UHGV virus genome: UHGV-1593293
DNA from: a virus
DNA: 11,721 nucleotides
Strand: one strand, 5' to 3'
Below, in pieces: positions 9,622 through 11,721 of the stretch. Both the position numbers and the translations under genes were made by a program. Below the pieces are notes generated by a model. The model ran no database searches, had not been told where the DNA came from, and saw only the letters and a list, made by a program, of their open reading frames with translations. Every line of letters starts with the position of its first letter. Position 1 is the stretch's first letter.

Positions 9622-10076
9622 TGATTACATTCAAACCAACGCGAAACATCGACCTGATCGAAGCAGTCGGAAATCACCATGACATTATTGCCGGAAGCAA
9701 CAACGGTGATGGATACGACTACAAGCCTGAATGCCGTTACTTTGAGGTTAACGTGCACGGTCAGTTTGGCGGCATTGTTTACTATCAGGAGATTCAGCCG
9801 CTGACATTCGATTGCCACGCCATGTACCTGCCAGAGATTCGCGGCTTCAGCAAGGAAATCGGGCTGGCGTTCTGGCGATACATTCTGACTAACACCACCG
9901 TTCAGTGCATCACATCGTTCGCTGCACGCAAATTCCGCCACGGGCAGATGTACTGCGCAATGATTGGCCTTAAGCGTGTAGGAACCATCAAGAAATACTT
10001 CAAAGGCGTGGATGACGTGACGTTTTACAGCGCCACACGCGAAGAACTAATCGACTTCCTGAATCACGGGAGATAG
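9621..10076 (+). CDS. 14: Gene-14-position protein (151 aa), function unknown; Cys/His-rich
   Basis: 151-aa ORF between the tail needle and gp7 genes, where P22 gene 14 lies; ATG overlaps the gene 26 stop (TGATG). I do not recognise the sequence itself; the assignment is by synteny. Confidence 0.6.
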   Translation: MITFKPTRNIDLIEAVGNHHDIIAGSNNGDGYDYKPECRYFEVNVHGQFGGIVYYQEIQPLTFDCHAMYLPEIRGFSKEIGLAFWRYILTNTTVQCITSFAARKFRHGQMYCAMIGLKRVGTIKKYFKGVDDVTFYSATREELIDFLNHGR

Positions 10077-10078
10077 CC

Positions 10079-10771
10079 ATGTTATATGCATTTAAGCTGG
10101 GCAGAAAACTGCGCGGCGAGGAACCTTATTGCCCTGAAAAAGGCGGGAAAGGTGGCAGTTCTGATAAAAGCGCAAAGTATGCAGCAGAAGCTCAGAAGTA
10201 TGCTGCAGACCTGCAAAATCAGCAGTTCAACACCATCATGAACAACCTGAAGCCGTTTACTCCTCTGGCTGATAAGTATGTCGGCAGCCTCGAGAACTTA
10301 TCGTCTCTGGAAGGGCAAGGTCAGGCGCTTAACCAGTATTACAACTCTCAGCAGTATAAAGACCTTGCAGGTCAGGCTCGCTATCAGAGTCTGGCGGCAG
10401 CGGAAGCAACAGGTGGATTGGGTTCCACCGCAACCAGTAATCAGTTAGCAACAATCGCACCAACGCTTGGTCAGCAATGGCTATCTGGTCAGATGAACAA
10501 CTACCAGAATCTGGCAAATATTGGTCTTGGCGCACTGCAAGGTCAGGCAAACGCCGGGCAGACATATGCCAACAACATGAGTCAGATTTCGCAGCAAAGT
10601 GCGGCTCTTGCAGCGGCAAATGCCAACAGACCATCAGCAATGCAATCTGCTATTGGCGGAGGTGCGTCTGGTGCTATTGCTGGGGCTGGACTTGCGAAAT
10701 TAATTGGTTCATCAACTCCGTGGGGGGCTGCGATCGGCGGCGGTCTTGGTCTGCTTGGCTCGTTGTTTTAA
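10079..10771 (+). CDS. 7: Ejection (internal virion) protein (P22 gp7-type, 230 aa), Gln/Asn/Ala/Gly-rich
   Basis: 230 aa (P22 gp7 229 aa); GGGAGA SD at 10068-10073; low-complexity Q/N/A/G composition and a glycine-rich hydrophobic C-terminus typical of P22-like ejection proteins; correct synteny. Confidence 0.8.
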   Translation: MLYAFKLGRKLRGEEPYCPEKGGKGGSSDKSAKYAAEAQKYAADLQNQQFNTIMNNLKPFTPLADKYVGSLENLSSLEGQGQALNQYYNSQQYKDLAGQARYQSLAAAEATGGLGSTATSNQLATIAPTLGQQWLSGQMNNYQNLANIGLGALQGQANAGQTYANNMSQISQQSAALAAANANRPSAMQSAIGGGASGAIAGAGLAKLIGSSTPWGAAIGGGLGLLGSLF

Positions 10772-10780
10772 GGGGTAATC

Positions 10781-11560
10781 ATGGCTACGTGGCAACAGGG
10801 TATTAATTCTGGTGGTTTTCTGGCTGGCATCGGTACGCAAAATGAGAATGCGCCAAAGGCAAGCGACATTAACGCAACGCTTGGTCTGATCCGCGAAAAC
10901 AATGAACTGGCTCGCTCAGGTGCAAATAACGTTGGCCTGACCGCCTTACGTGGTCTGGCTGGAGTTGCTGATATTTACAATCAGGAACAGCAACAGAAAG
11001 CTATTAGTGCGTTCAATAAGGTTCATGCTGATGCATGGGCTTCTGGTGATCCATCGGGACTATTTAAGTTTGCCCAGGAAAATCCAGCGTTTGTTGCACA
11101 GGCACAACAGGCGTTTTCAGGTCTTAATGATCAGCAACGCAACGATATGGGCGATTTAGCCATGAGGGCTAACGTCGCTCTTTCTCAGGGACCGGAAGCC
11201 TACAGTAAATTCATTACTGACAACAAGGACAGGTTAAATCGCGTTGGTGCTAATGCTGACTGGATGATTCAGACAGGTATCCAGAATCCAGAGCAGCTAT
11301 CACACATGCTGACTACTATGTCTCTCGGTGCACTTGGGCCAGAAAAGGCGTTTGCTGTTCAGGATAAGATGGTTGGTCGCCAGCAGGAGCAGCAAAGAAT
11401 TAACGAAACCATTCGCAATAATGACATGACGAATGCGAGGGCTATTAGGGGGCAGGATCTTTCCTATAAGGCTCAAATGGCAAGACTGAATCACGACAAG
11501 TATGTGTTTAAGCAGTCACAGGCGGCCCTTGAAAGAGCAGGACAACTTCAGGATATGTAG
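10781..11560 (+). pseudogene. 20: Ejection protein gene (P22 gp20-type) truncated after 259 codons by IS2 insertion; stop codon TAG is supplied by the first three bases of IS2
   Basis: ORF begins with a good SD (AAGGGG) right after gp7, as gene 20 does in P22, but P22 gp20 is about 471 aa as I recall; the frame ends at 11558-11560 exactly where the IS2 terminal repeat (TAGACTGGCCCCC...) begins. Confidence 0.8.
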
Positions 11561-11598
11561 ACTGGCCCCCTGAATCTCCAGACAACCAATATCACTTA
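11558..11598 (+). repeat. IS2 left terminal inverted repeat (IRL), approximate extent
   Basis: First roughly 41 bp of the IS2 end as recalled; the precise inner boundary is not determinable without the right end for comparison. Confidence 0.6.
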
Positions 11599-11648
11599 TT
11601 TAAGTGATAGTCTTAATACTAGTTTTTAGACTAGTCATTGGAGAGCAG

Positions 11649-11721
11649 ATGATTGATGTCTTAGGACCGGAGAAACGCAGACGGCGTACTACACAGGAAA
11701 AGATCGCTATTGTTCAGCAGA
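11649..11721 (+). CDS. insC: IS2 transposase OrfA (InsC), N-terminal 24 codons; partial, runs off window
   Basis: ATG 11649 lies 5 nt after GGAG 11640-11643; translation [24 protein letters not shown] is the recalled N-terminus of IS2 OrfA, including the start of its helix-turn-helix region. Confidence 0.85.

Larger units (their letters stand above)
11558..11721 (+). mobile_element. IS2 insertion sequence (IS3 family), left end; element continues beyond the window
   Basis: TAGACTGGCCCCCTGAATCTCCAGACAACCAATATCACTTA...ACTAGTTTTTAGACTAGTCATTGGAG matches my recollection of the IS2 left terminal repeat and leader, with at most a few base differences; followed by the orfA start [24 protein letters not shown]. 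Confidence 0.9.

Noticed and set aside
9417-9941. 174-aa minus-strand ORF overlapping the gene 26/gene 14 junction
   Set aside because: It is fully antisense to two well-supported + strand genes in a tightly coupled operon, has Cys/Arg-rich composition typical of a spurious antisense frame, and no evident RBS.
10477-10806. 109-aa + strand alternate-frame ORF inside gp7 (Cys/Trp-rich)
   Set aside because: It overlaps the well-supported gp7 frame, and its unusual Cys/Trp-rich composition is what an alternate reading of an Ala/Gly/Gln-rich gene produces.
10781-11560. Interpreting the 259-aa ORF as a complete, naturally short protein
   Set aside because: The stop codon coincides exactly with the first bases of the IS2 terminal repeat, and the gene 20 product is much longer in P22, so truncation by insertion is the simpler explanation.
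1-11721. Search for CRISPR repeats, tRNA/rRNA genes, integrase/attachment sites or defence-system genes
   Set aside because: No regularly spaced direct repeats, tRNA-like structures or recognisable integrase, nuclease, toxin or restriction motifs were seen; the window is fully occupied by structural genes plus the IS2 end.

Overview
This window is the morphogenesis (late) module of a P22-like short-tailed phage or prophage, with every gene on the + strand in the canonical P22 order. From memory of the P22 proteins I recognise: an orf80-like small protein, small terminase (gene 3), large terminase (gene 2), portal (gene 1), scaffolding protein (gene 8), coat protein (gene 5), a small ORF in the orf69 position, gene 4, gene 10, tail needle (gene 26), a gene-14-position protein, ejection protein gp7, and the 5' part of the gp20 ejection-protein gene. 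The most notable feature is at the 3' end: the gp20 reading frame is cut after 259 codons by the left terminus of an IS2 insertion sequence (P22 gp20 is about 471 aa as I recall), whose orfA (insC) start lies in the last 73 bases. This suggests a prophage disabled by IS insertion, and IS2 points to an E. coli/Shigella-type host. Also supported are a P22-type pac site inside the small-terminase gene, a clean rho-independent terminator just after the coat gene, and tight start/stop overlaps between consecutive genes. I see no CRISPR array, tRNA/rRNA gene or recognisable defence/toxin system. The only candidates for anything undescribed are three small ORFs (orf80-like, a 23-codon mini-ORF, the orf69-position ORF) and the Cys/His-rich gene-14-position protein, and all are speculative. 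All homology statements rest on recalled protein sequences, not on a database search.
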